Source: a virus
Lineage: Duplodnaviria > Caudoviricetes
Reading direction: 5' to 3' (one strand)
Length of the DNA: 64,000 nucleotides
IMG/VR virus record: IMGVR_UViG_3300031857_000140
Span: 2,017 to 66,016 of that record
Under the pieces are notes generated by a model. That model ran no database searches. It was given only the letters and a program-made list of their open reading frames with translations, and had not been told where the DNA came from. Numbering within the stretch: the first letter of the stretch is position 1; the number at the start of each line of letters is the position of its first letter. Below, piece by piece: positions 47,632-56,523 of the stretch. Position numbers and translations under genes: made by a program.

Positions 47632-48159
47632 ATGGTTGGTTACATCTACAAGACTACCAATAAGGTAAACGGCTTCGTCTACATCGGACAGCATCAATGC
47701 AGTTTCTTTGACCGCAAGTACCGCGGCTCAGGTAGCATATTCAGGCAAGCACTAGAGGAACACGGCTGGGACAACTTCATCACCGAGCTGGTATGCTGGG
47801 CAGAGACCATAGAGAAGCTCAACGAGCTTGAGATACTATGGATTGATGCACACAAGGGACAGAAGATGTACAACATCAGCAAAGGAGGAAACGGAGGAGC
47901 TAAGTACATATACGTGGACCTGCAGACGAAACTCATCTACGTAGGCGTTAGGTCAGCAGCAAAAGCAGCAGGTGTTGGAGTAGATGCATTCAACAAATGG
48001 GTCAACGTAGGAGGAAACTCAAAAGGCCTAACGGAATACTACGAAAACAACAAGAACCCAAACTTCAGGGAAAAGCCAAAATACCTATGGATAACACACC
48101 GATGGGCCAGGCTGAAAACAACAGATATGCTAAATATGAAAAACCCTATATTTGCATAA
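47632..48159 (+). CDS. GIY-YIG homing endonuclease
   Basis: YIYKTTNKVNGFVYIGQH, YRGSG, E..WI, YNISKGG. Confidence 0.9.
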   Translation: MVGYIYKTTNKVNGFVYIGQHQCSFFDRKYRGSGSIFRQALEEHGWDNFITELVCWAETIEKLNELEILWIDAHKGQKMYNISKGGNGGAKYIYVDLQTKLIYVGVRSAAKAAGVGVDAFNKWVNVGGNSKGLTEYYENNKNPNFREKPKYLWITHRWARLKTTDMLNMKNPIFA

Positions 48160-48206
48160 GGAAGGCCAACAGCCAACCAGCAGGATTGTGACAAATTCTT
48201 ATAGAG

Positions 48207-48236
48207 AGGGGAGCCCTAAAGCTCCCCTTTTCTTAT
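48207..48236. terminator. Terminator between convergent genes
   Basis: AGGGGAGC-cctaaa-GCTCCCCT plus T-tract. Confidence 0.8.
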
Positions 48237-48847
48237 TTCAACCAGCTGTAGTACTGCTTGGTGCGGCTAGCGCGGTCATCAAGACCGTGCGTGCCGCCAT
48301 TCACCCGCTTGGTCAATGCAAGGATGGTTTCGTCCGTAACGCCCTTGTCGCAGATGTCCCACAACTTGTTCCTATCAAAGAAGAACCGAGCACTATCAAA
48401 AGCAAACTCAGTAGCAACAGCATCTGGCTTCTCCAACAGCTCAGGTTTCTTCAGCCACTTAGCAAACGCCTCGTAGTTGGCCTTACCGGTAAGTTGCAAC
48501 GCACCACGACCACGGTACTTCCATCCATCTCCTGATGCCTCATCACCGTTGCCCATGCGTGAAGCATACACGCGGTTAGCAATCTTTTCCGGCTTGCGCT
48601 CGTACTCCTTAGCCAAAGCCTCCGTCGGGAAGTACTTCTTGAAGATGCCAAGCAATCCCTTAGCCGAGTAGTTGAGGTTCTCTGAGAATGCCTTGAAGCC
48701 ACCCGTCTCATGCGCGGTCTGTCCGAAGAAGTGAGCAGCGCGCTCTGGACTCAATCCGTAATGCTTTGCCGCTGCCTTGATGGTGCCAGGACCAAACGCC
48801 CCGTCAGGTGTTACACCAATCTTTTCCTGTAGTGATTTCAAGCTCAT
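48233..48847 (-). CDS. Endolysin, GH19 (chitinase/lysozyme-like) with N-terminal peptidoglycan-binding motif
   Basis: LQEKIGVTPDGAFGPGT; AHF.GQ.AHETGGF...ENLNYS; YRGRGALQLTG..NY; T.RVNGG..GL.DR. Confidence 0.92.
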   Translation of the reverse strand: MSLKSLQEKIGVTPDGAFGPGTIKAAAKHYGLSPERAAHFFGQTAHETGGFKAFSENLNYSAKGLLGIFKKYFPTEALAKEYERKPEKIANRVYASRMGNGDEASGDGWKYRGRGALQLTGKANYEAFAKWLKKPELLEKPDAVATEFAFDSARFFFDRNKLWDICDKGVTDETILALTKRVNGGTHGLDDRASRTKQYYSWLK

Positions 48848-48984
48848 CGTCCTTGTGCGTTATAGGGTTTGGAATAGTTCTTAGAGCCTTTGTTATTAGA
48901 AGCCTTCTTAGAGTGCTTTCCGCGCTTCTTGCTCTTGCTTACAAACTTTGCAACAGCTTGTAACTTACCTGTCTTACCAGCCAT
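48844..48984 (-). CDS. 46-aa basic protein (GKHSK...KPYNAQGR)
   Basis: Hand-translated; stop overlaps endolysin start. Confidence 0.6.
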   Translation of the reverse strand: MAGKTGKLQAVAKFVSKSKKRGKHSKKASNNKGSKNYSKPYNAQGR

Positions 48985-49061
48985 TATTCGGGTGTTATGT
49001 TCAGGAGTAAAACTACTAACTTTGTCTCACTTACTTAGGTTTGAAAACGCTAAAAAGACTT

Positions 49062-49658
49062 ATGAAAACCCCAAAGAAACCCAGCTACGCCAAAGGAGGC
49101 TCGCTGAAACCAGTACAGCCCAGCCAGACTGGACTGTCTAAGCTTCCCACGGAAGTGCGTAACAAAATGGGATACATGATGGGCGGCGGTAAGCTGGGCA
49201 TGATGTACCAAAACGGAGGAATGATGGGCGGCAAAAAGAAGCAAGTACCACCTCGTAAGATTACCGACGTGCTTGACCGCAACGGACGCGTAATCTCACC
49301 CGAGCGCCGCAAGCTTGAAGCAGCAGCTGACGCCATGAAGCTCAAGAACGCCGAGGCTACCTTCAACCGCAACGCCAAGGCACGCGAGATGCAAAACCTC
49401 ACCGAGATGCGCAATCAGCTCAAGAGTTCCGACCCGGACGCCGTTGCAGCATTCGACCGCAGCCTCAAGGCTAAAGGCATGATGGTGGCCAAGCGCCCAG
49501 TCAAGAAGATGGCCAAAGGCGGTGTGATGAAGAACACCAAAGACAACAACAGCTACATCTCTAACGCTGTTGACATGAGCCCGTCAACGAAGAAGCAAAT
49601 GGAAGCCCTGCGCCAAGCCATGATGTACTTCACCGGCGTAAGCCCAAAAAACAAGTAA
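49062..49658 (+). CDS. Basic protein with repeated [YM]xxGG motifs
   Basis: YAKGG, YMMGG, YQNGG, MAKGG; TAACTTTG at 49017. Confidence 0.7.
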   Translation: MKTPKKPSYAKGGSLKPVQPSQTGLSKLPTEVRNKMGYMMGGGKLGMMYQNGGMMGGKKKQVPPRKITDVLDRNGRVISPERRKLEAAADAMKLKNAEATFNRNAKAREMQNLTEMRNQLKSSDPDAVAAFDRSLKAKGMMVAKRPVKKMAKGGVMKNTKDNNSYISNAVDMSPSTKKQMEALRQAMMYFTGVSPKNK

Positions 49659-49693
49659 CAACAACTATATATTTGTAACACAAAACCAAAACG

Positions 49694-49933
49694 ATGAAAA
49701 AGTACCGCACCGCCAAGAAATACCAAAACGGAGGCAAAACTGTTCCCACCAAAACTACCAAGCCTGCTGCAAAGACTGCAGTTAAGAAGCAAAGCCCATA
49801 CGCTACCGAAGGCGAGCGCCTTGGCTCAGCACTGAAGCGTGGCGACTACATGGGTGCAGTTAAGGAAGCAGGTCAGTCTCTAGCTGGAATTCCGAAGGAA
49901 TTCGTTGGAGCACTGAAGCGCTCACTGCGCTAA
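49694..49933 (+). CDS. Small basic protein (YQNGG)
   Basis: TATATTTG at 49668; followed by a terminator. Confidence 0.65.
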   Translation: MKKYRTAKKYQNGGKTVPTKTTKPAAKTAVKKQSPYATEGERLGSALKRGDYMGAVKEAGQSLAGIPKEFVGALKRSLR

Positions 49934-49950
49934 ACAACAGCTACTAAAAG

Positions 49951-49979
49951 AAAAAGGGGGCCATAAGCCCCCTATTCTT
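49951..49979. terminator. Bidirectional terminator
   Basis: A-tract, GGGGGC-cataa-GCCCCC, T-rich tail. Confidence 0.75.
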
Positions 49980-49996
49980 GTTTATAGACGTTTCTA

Positions 49997-50365
49997 CTAG
50001 AACTGCTCTGACCAGTATACCATGATGTTGTTTAAGGTATCGGCCTTGTGCAATGTCTGCACGGTGATGTCCTTACTCCAGTATACTGTGTGCTTTCCTT
50101 CCTCATTTGAAAATGACCATGTGGTGTCGCTCTCGCTGATGATTTCACTTAGTTCAGAAAGCTGAGAAGGCTTGAACTCCCATAAAGTACAAACTACAGA
50201 GTCTCCGATTTCAGCATCATACCATACACCTTGGTACGGAGTGCATTCCATGTTCTCGATTCGAGAAGGCGTATCCTCAAAGTAAGGACGGCTAAAGTGA
50301 AGGTACAGGCCAAAGGCAAGAACAGTGGTGCCAGCGGCAGCGAGAAGGGGGAGGTTGGTTTTCAT
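49997..50365 (-). CDS. Membrane-anchored protein, isolated moron-like gene
   Basis: N-terminal TM; own promoter (TACATTTG on minus strand) and terminator; opposite to neighbours. Confidence 0.65.
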   Translation of the reverse strand: MKTNLPLLAAAGTTVLAFGLYLHFSRPYFEDTPSRIENMECTPYQGVWYDAEIGDSVVCTLWEFKPSQLSELSEIISESDTTWSFSNEEGKHTVYWSKDITVQTLHKADTLNNIMVYWSEQF

Positions 50366-50501
50366 AGTTGGTATCAATTTTTAGTTAATTGTAGTACAAA
50401 TGTAGATAAAGTTTTGAATTGTGCAAGTGCAAGCAAAAATTTTTTTCACATCACCAAGCAAAAGTCCAATATGGTAACTTTGCTATTCAACGTCTACAGA
50501 C

Positions 50502-50687
50502 ATGAAAAAGTATCGAGTTAAGTCCTACAACGAAGGGGGCGAGATGGAGTCAGAGCAGGAAATCGAGGTCATGAACCCCGACCTGATGATGGCCGTCAAG
50601 CAAGTACAGGCAGCCGTTAAGGCAACAGGTATGGCCCCGGCCCACTACAAAATCAAAGCTTGCTACTACTCCGAAAGTGAAGACTAG
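50502..50687 (+). CDS. Small protein (YNEGG)
   Basis: TAACTTTG at 50475. Confidence 0.6.
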   Translation: MKKYRVKSYNEGGEMESEQEIEVMNPDLMMAVKQVQAAVKATGMAPAHYKIKACYYSESED

Positions 50688-50895
50688 TAAGTACTACGCT
50701 AGCAACGCAAAGGCTCGCGCTAAGAAGGCTGAATACGATACCGAGTATCACTCAACCAAAGAGCGCAAGAAATACCGTGCGTTCCTAAATAAGAAGAACC
50801 GTGATGCCGGAACCTACGGTAACGGAGACGGTGAAGACTATGACCACGACGAGCGCCGGATGATTCCGGCCTCTCGCAACAGAGCAAAGAAGTAA
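50677..50895 (+). CDS. Small basic protein, degenerate HNH-like
   Basis: GDGEDYDH...SRNR. Confidence 0.5.
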   Translation: MKTSKYYASNAKARAKKAEYDTEYHSTKERKKYRAFLNKKNRDAGTYGNGDGEDYDHDERRMIPASRNRAKK

Positions 50896-51011
50896 TGGCT
50901 AAGAGCACTAAGAAGCGAGCAGGAGCTGTTGTCGGCCAGAAGAAGGTCAGCAAAGAGCGTGCAGCACAAGGAAAGACAAACTACGAACTACTAAACAAAC
51001 TAAGCAAATGA
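50895..51011 (+). CDS. 38-aa basic peptide
   Basis: Hand-translated; overlapping start/stop on both sides. Confidence 0.6.
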   Translation: MAKSTKKRAGAVVGQKKVSKERAAQGKTNYELLNKLSK

Positions 51012-51112
51012 CCGGAATTGAATTTGAGGACTGGCTCGAGGAGCTAGAAGAAGCAAAGCAGCCAACCTGCAACATCGAAAACCCAGAGGACTGTGAAGCC
51101 TGCGGTAGCTAA
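51008..51112 (+). CDS. 34-aa acidic peptide ending CNIENPEDCEACGS
   Basis: Hand-translated; ATGA overlap with the upstream gene. Confidence 0.7.
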   Translation: MTGIEFEDWLEELEEAKQPTCNIENPEDCEACGS

Positions 51113-51116
51113 AAAG

Positions 51117-51230
51117 ATGACCGTAACCCAGAAGTACAACTCCATGAAGCGTCAAGCGGAGGAGGCCGGGATGCGCGTATATGAAAAGGACGGAAAGCTT
51201 AGGGTCGTCCGTGTAAAGAAGAAGAAATGA
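51117..51230 (+). CDS. 37-aa basic peptide
   Basis: Hand-translated; stop overlaps next start. Confidence 0.55.
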   Translation: MTVTQKYNSMKRQAEEAGMRVYEKDGKLRVVRVKKKK

Positions 51231-51454
51231 AACTCAAGAAGCTAGATAAGAACATCATGGTGAAAGCCCCAGAAGGCCACCACTGGATGAACGACGGAAG
51301 CGGTCGCTTCTACCTGATGAAGCATTCTGGTAAGTTCGTCAAGCATCCTGGCGCAAGCCTCGAGGCTCCGTTCCGCCTAGTGACCCACGATAAGCCATCA
51401 ACAGCTAAAGAGCAGATGGCTATTGGTGCTCTGATGAAGGCAAAGAAAGCCTAA
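51227..51454 (+). CDS. Small hypothetical protein
   Basis: KAPEGHHWM...YLMKH pattern. Confidence 0.6.
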   Translation: MKLKKLDKNIMVKAPEGHHWMNDGSGRFYLMKHSGKFVKHPGASLEAPFRLVTHDKPSTAKEQMAIGALMKAKKA

Positions 51455-51884
51455 ACGGCTCCTCTCCATTCATCTTTCTATAGAGACGGGCGACCAAAAG
51501 TCGCCCTTTCTGCGATAGAGCATAGCGCACTCGGTAGTTGAACTTGTTCTCTTCGCGGAAAAACATATCCTGCTCGGCGTTGCTTGGGGACAGCTTGTCG
51601 AAGTGCTTGTACACCAGTCCAAGCTCTTTGAGTTTGTATAGCTGTTTCTTCCGCAGCTGCTCCTTGCTGCGCATCATTGCCTTCCCTACGTAGTCCATTG
51701 TCCAGAACTCAAGGTCATAGACAAAGAATAGAAATTCTATATCTGTGGAGTTGAGCCCGTAGTTGAGCTCAGCGTCCATATATAGGAAGGTGATGTTCTT
51801 CAGGTCGTTTCTCTGAATGAACTTGGGGTCAATTTTAGAGAATTCTCTGAAAAGCTTCTTTCGGCTTACCCTACTTTTCGGCAT
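51420..51884 (-). CDS. Winged-helix (MarR-like) DNA-binding protein
   Basis: LNSTDIEFL...LKELGLV...YALSQKGR. Confidence 0.6.
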   Translation of the reverse strand: MPKSRVSRKKLFREFSKIDPKFIQRNDLKNITFLYMDAELNYGLNSTDIEFLFFVYDLEFWTMDYVGKAMMRSKEQLRKKQLYKLKELGLVYKHFDKLSPSNAEQDMFFREENKFNYRVRYALSQKGRLLVARLYRKMNGEEPFRLSLPSSEHQ

Positions 51885-51913
51885 ATCAGTATCTTTGTTT
51901 CAAAAGTACTAAT

Positions 51914-52882
51914 ATGGGAAGTCTTAGCGGAACTAAAATTAAAGACACCTTCGGGCTGCTGTTGAAGCTCGCCACCTCTACGGTGTCTGCGTCTGAGCAA
52001 GTCGTACAGGATGGTGAAGGAACCAACACAGCTCTTAAGCTCTCCACAGACACGGTAGAATCAACGGGTGACTTCAAGTGCACGGGAACCGTCACCACGT
52101 CCACCACAGACGTGGAGGCGTTGATGCTGAGCTCAACGGGTGTGTTTGTAAAGCGCAACCTCAGCACCAATCCAATCGGAACAACGTCGGTAACGGCCAA
52201 CTCACCGCTCTCTGCCACAGGAAGCACCATCGGCGTACTTCCTGCCAGCTCGCTGACCCCACTTACGGAGGCGACCGCTGCAAACGCAGATAAGTTCTTG
52301 ATTTGGGACGAGTCAGCAAGCTCATACAAGTACATTACTCTTGTGGAGCTGTCCGACTATGTGGTCAATACCGGAGCTACTGTTGTGCCTAATATGTTTG
52401 TGGCCAAGCCACAGGCTACCGCAGCACTCGGTACCGCGGCTACAATGATTAGCTTCGCAGAGCTTTACAGCGCTGCAGCAACTGGAATGGTTACAGAGGC
52501 CACCTCTTCAGTAGCCTACGGCGGAGCAACGGCAAGCATCTCTTTGGTTGACGCAACAAACATCCGAGACAACATCCGACTCAGCTCGGAAGGTATGTAC
52601 GACATTACTGCTTGCGTAGAATATACTATCTCTTCAGGAACCCCGGACATCACCGTACAGCTCTACATTAACGATGGAGCAAGCAGCGTGGTGCTCATAG
52701 AAGACATCGAAGCCACCAAGACTGGAAAGCACGTGGTGACTCTTAGGTACTTCTACTATGCACCAAGTGGCGATGTTCCAGTGGATATAGCCCTGCGATG
52801 CTCTGCAACATCGGCTGCAACGCTTACTAAAAACACAACGGTTACAGTTACTAACTTAGGCACGTTATCATTGCCAGCGTAA
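51914..52882 (+). CDS. Putative virion fibre/decoration protein
   Basis: Ser/Thr/Ala-rich; L.GTKIKDT...LLK N-terminus; beta-rich C-terminal domain. Confidence 0.5.
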   Translation: MGSLSGTKIKDTFGLLLKLATSTVSASEQVVQDGEGTNTALKLSTDTVESTGDFKCTGTVTTSTTDVEALMLSSTGVFVKRNLSTNPIGTTSVTANSPLSATGSTIGVLPASSLTPLTEATAANADKFLIWDESASSYKYITLVELSDYVVNTGATVVPNMFVAKPQATAALGTAATMISFAELYSAAATGMVTEATSSVAYGGATASISLVDATNIRDNIRLSSEGMYDITACVEYTISSGTPDITVQLYINDGASSVVLIEDIEATKTGKHVVTLRYFYYAPSGDVPVDIALRCSATSAATLTKNTTVTVTNLGTLSLPA

Positions 52883-52884
52883 AC

Positions 52885-53196
52885 GTGACTAGAGAGCAGC
52901 GAATCGAAATGTTCATCCTCGTAAGAGAGAAGATGGACGAGATTGCCGACATTGTAAAAGACCATAATGCCGGACCAGACTTCATGGCGACGTACTGCTT
53001 CGGTCTGGCGTGTGACGAGGGAACCGAAGACGGCCCTGAGAGCTACGAGTTCCTCGCCGGGTACAGCGTAGACGGAACCGAAGAACTCAACATCATGTTC
53101 AACGTAATGGCGCACAGCTATGTGTCAGAACAGAAGGACGACGATGACGACGACGACTTACCAACCAACTCAATTGAATACTGGTTAAACAAATAA
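52885..53196 (+). CDS. Acidic hypothetical protein
   Basis: ORF in operon. Confidence 0.6.
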   Translation: MTREQRIEMFILVREKMDEIADIVKDHNAGPDFMATYCFGLACDEGTEDGPESYEFLAGYSVDGTEELNIMFNVMAHSYVSEQKDDDDDDDLPTNSIEYWLNK

Positions 53197-53206
53197 TGAA
53201 ATTCAA

Positions 53207-53443
53207 ATGGAACTTATTAGAAAAATCATCGTGGGGCAAAACCCCAAAGACGCCATGGCATACTTTGTCGGGCAAAAGACAGGAGATTCTGTAGTCGATT
53301 CAATTATTCAAGACGAGCGAGCCTTAGCTTTGCATGGCATTCGCCGTTATCTGGTCTACATTTACAATTCCGAAAAGGGCACTATGCTCTGGAAGACCAT
53401 AGACGAGATGCCTTGTTTAATTGAACACGATTGCGACTTCTAA
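53207..53443 (+). CDS. Small hypothetical protein
   Basis: IRKI.VG.NPKDAMAY.VGQ...WK...MP..IE. Confidence 0.7.
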   Translation: MELIRKIIVGQNPKDAMAYFVGQKTGDSVVDSIIQDERALALHGIRRYLVYIYNSEKGTMLWKTIDEMPCLIEHDCDF

Positions 53444-54081
53444 TGAAACCGATTAGATTCTTTGTTGTAAAAGTACCCAAAGCCGTCAACGATACCATTG
53501 AGATTGCCGGCCAAGAAATGTATCTGGACACTCGCTTCAACGAGTTCGCTCACCGCGCATTTTCAGGTGAGGTGGTGGGTGTGCCGGAAAGATACAAGAC
53601 AGGCGTGTCCGTAGGGGACACGCTATACTTCCACCATCACGTGCTGTTGGGTGGAAACCACATGGTATATGGTAACCAACAGTTTAATGAAACAAAACAC
53701 AAACGAGGTCAGTTCATCTTTGAAGACAAAGACCTTTATTACGTCGGATGGGATGGAGGTTACGACCCACATAGCTGTCAGGCCTACGCATACAAGAGCA
53801 AGGAGACGGGTGAAGTACGTCTGCTTGGCCATTGGATATTCCTGGTACCAGCAAAGCAGGAAGACGAGCTAACAAGCAAGGTTCTTGAACTAGTTCAAAA
53901 CAAGAAGCCATACAACCAGTATGGCTATGTGCGCTTTGGCTCAGACCGTTTGGAGGAGCTCGGCCTCAAGCCGGGCGACAAGGTATTCATCCAAAAGAAT
54001 GCCGACTACGAAATGGAGATTGAAGGCGAGAAGCTGTATCGTGTCCTGTTATCGCACATCTATGCGCAAGTCCAAGAGTAG
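53443..54081 (+). CDS. Tandem GroES-like co-chaperonin protein
   Basis: MKP...VV.V, GEVVGVP...VSVGDTLYF and G.V..G...LKPGDKVF.....EMEIEGEKLY. Confidence 0.6.
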   Translation: MKPIRFFVVKVPKAVNDTIEIAGQEMYLDTRFNEFAHRAFSGEVVGVPERYKTGVSVGDTLYFHHHVLLGGNHMVYGNQQFNETKHKRGQFIFEDKDLYYVGWDGGYDPHSCQAYAYKSKETGEVRLLGHWIFLVPAKQEDELTSKVLELVQNKKPYNQYGYVRFGSDRLEELGLKPGDKVFIQKNADYEMEIEGEKLYRVLLSHIYAQVQE

Positions 54082-54358
54082 TTTTGACAACGTAGGAACG
54101 GCACACCGTTTGATGTCCGCGATGGAGATTGCCATCGAGAACATGATTCAGGAGATACAGAAGCCTGTCGACCAAGAGCTGTCCGGCTCGCAGCGAAAGG
54201 CTGAGCTGCAAGCAATTAAGCAAACTGCAATTGACGCTAAAGAACTAATTGTTGAACGCGAGAAGCTACAGCTTCTGGTAAAGCAGCTTAACGAAAGTGG
54301 AGAAATCAAAGAAGAACGAGACTACTCAGGAGGATTCGCAGAGCAATTCTCAAAATAG
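54062..54358 (+). CDS. Putative terminase small subunit
   Basis: Helical 98-aa protein directly upstream of the large subunit. Confidence 0.5.
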   Translation: MRKSKSSFDNVGTAHRLMSAMEIAIENMIQEIQKPVDQELSGSQRKAELQAIKQTAIDAKELIVEREKLQLLVKQLNESGEIKEERDYSGGFAEQFSK

Positions 54359-54388
54359 CGAGTGGGTCTTTATCTATTGGGATAGCTG

Positions 54389-56485
54389 ATGGCTGGATTA
54401 GTCGAAATAGAAGACGAGGTAATCGTCAACATCTGTCCGCGAGGAACGGCCGGGGACGTTGTTACCTATGGAGACCTAGCCATCCAGCTTCCCAAGCAAC
54501 CAAGAAAGCAAGACATCTTATTCCACGATAAGCCTAAAGAGCAGCAGATGTGGGCGCGTCAGGAGATGCCTGACGAGCTTCGTCGCATCAACTCAATGGA
54601 GGAGTGGATGACTATGCCTGAATCCTTTAGAAAGAAATACACCAACTACATCCAACAAGAGTATGAGCGCAGACGCACCGGACTATGGTTCTTCAACAAC
54701 GGAGTACCTACTTACATCACCGGAAACCACTACTTTTTTCTGCAATGGGCCAAGATTGACGTGGGTTACCCGTCCTACCTTGGGTTCCAGCGAGAGCTAT
54801 TCATACATCTTGAAGCCTGCAATGTAGACCCAAGGTCTCTAGGGCAGGTGTACGTCAAGTGCCGACGCTCTGGATACACCAACATGAGCGCCTCTACCAT
54901 CATCAACGAGGCTACTCAGGTGAAAGAGAGGCTGTTGGGTGTGATGTCAAAGACAGGTAGCGACGCACAGGAGAACATCTTCATGAAGAAGATAGTCCCC
55001 ATCTACAAATCACTGCCGTTTTTCTTCAAGCCAATCCAGGATGGTACCACCAACCCACGGATGGAGCTCGCCTTCCGCGAGCCATCGAAGCGAATCACCA
55101 AGACCAACAAGACATCGCAGCGCGGCGAGGCCCTCAACACGGTAGTCAACTGGAAGAACACCACCAACAACGCCTATGACGGTGAAAAGCTGCACGTCCT
55201 GTACTTAGATGAGGCCGGCAAGTGGGAAAAGCCTACCGACATCCGTGAATCGTGGCGCATTCACCGCACCTGTCTGCTCGTTGGTCGTAAGATTGTAGGA
55301 AAGGCCATCGTTGGTTCTACGGTAAACCCGCTTGACCGCGGCGGCCGACAGTTCAGAGACCTGTATGAAGCCAGCAACCCAGCGGAGCGCAACGAAAACG
55401 GACGCACCAAGAGCGGATTGTACTCAATTTTCATACCAGCATACGAAGCACTGGAAGGATTCTTTGACAAATACGGTCAGCCCATTGTTGATGACCCAGA
55501 GGTACCAGTTTTTGGTATAGACGGAGAGAAGATTACCATCGGAGCACGCACATTCCTAAAGAACGAGCGTAAAGCGCTGGCAAACGACAGCTACGAACTC
55601 AACGAGGTCATACGTCAGTTCCCATTCACCACAGCAGAAGCGTTTCGCGACAGCTCTAAGGCGTCGCTCTTCAACGTGCAGAAGATATACGAGCAAATCC
55701 AGCACAATCAAGAACTGTACCCAAATCCTGTGCTCGTTGGGAACTTCGTTTGGAAGGATGGAAAGCAAGATACGGAGGTGTATTTCAAGCCAGACCCAAA
55801 CGGGAGATGGCGCGTGGTATGGATGCCGCCGCATGAGCTCAGAAACAAGCAAGGTCCTCAGAATGATTGGCTAGGAGTAGGAGGCGTTGACTCCTACGAC
55901 ATTGACGTAACTGTTGACGCAAGGAGCTCAAAGGGCGCCTGCCATATTTACAATAAGTTCAACCTGCAGTACCCAGCCAATATGTTTGTGGCGGAGTACG
56001 CATCACGTCCGCCTCTCGCCAAAATATTCTACGAGGATGTGCTGATGGCTGCAAAGTTCTACGGCTACAGCCTTCTTATTGAGAACAACAAATATGGAAT
56101 TGCTCGCTATTTTGAACAGCGTGGATACGACCATTATCTGATGGGTAGGCCTGAGCACCTAAGCTCAGGCTACGGCAGCACGACAAAAACAAAGGGTATT
56201 CCGTCAAACTCACAAGACATTATTCAGGCTCACGCACAGGCAATCGAAGCATACATCCATGCACACGTAGGCCTTAACGAAGAGACGCTGCAATTTGGTA
56301 AGATGTACTTTGAGAGGACATTAGAGGATTGGATTAACTTCAAGGTCGATGACCGTACCGCTTTTGACTTGTCAATCTCCAGCGGACTTGCGCTTTTAGC
56401 AGCGCAAGGAGCGACGGCAAAGAAAGAAAAAACCGACTTTAACGTGAAAAAGTTTTTTCGTCCGGGTCGCGTCATCTTACGCTGA
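54389..56485 (+). CDS. terL: Terminase large subunit
   Basis: KCRRSGYT Walker A, LYLDEAGK Walker B, GST, GVDSYD nuclease, LIENN. Confidence 0.92.
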   Translation: MAGLVEIEDEVIVNICPRGTAGDVVTYGDLAIQLPKQPRKQDILFHDKPKEQQMWARQEMPDELRRINSMEEWMTMPESFRKKYTNYIQQEYERRRTGLWFFNNGVPTYITGNHYFFLQWAKIDVGYPSYLGFQRELFIHLEACNVDPRSLGQVYVKCRRSGYTNMSASTIINEATQVKERLLGVMSKTGSDAQENIFMKKIVPIYKSLPFFFKPIQDGTTNPRMELAFREPSKRITKTNKTSQRGEALNTVVNWKNTTNNAYDGEKLHVLYLDEAGKWEKPTDIRESWRIHRTCLLVGRKIVGKAIVGSTVNPLDRGGRQFRDLYEASNPAERNENGRTKSGLYSIFIPAYEALEGFFDKYGQPIVDDPEVPVFGIDGEKITIGARTFLKNERKALANDSYELNEVIRQFPFTTAEAFRDSSKASLFNVQKIYEQIQHNQELYPNPVLVGNFVWKDGKQDTEVYFKPDPNGRWRVVWMPPHELRNKQGPQNDWLGVGGVDSYDIDVTVDARSSKGACHIYNKFNLQYPANMFVAEYASRPPLAKIFYEDVLMAAKFYGYSLLIENNKYGIARYFEQRGYDHYLMGRPEHLSSGYGSTTKTKGIPSNSQDIIQAHAQAIEAYIHAHVGLNEETLQFGKMYFERTLEDWINFKVDDRTAFDLSISSGLALLAAQGATAKKEKTDFNVKKFFRPGRVILR

Positions 56486-56523
56486 ATCAAATAAGTATAT
56501 TTGCATATTAGCCCGCAGTGGAT

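Noticed and set aside
46770-48159. Group I intron around the HNH and GIY-YIG genes
   Set aside because: No interrupted host gene flanks them and the two ORFs are divergent
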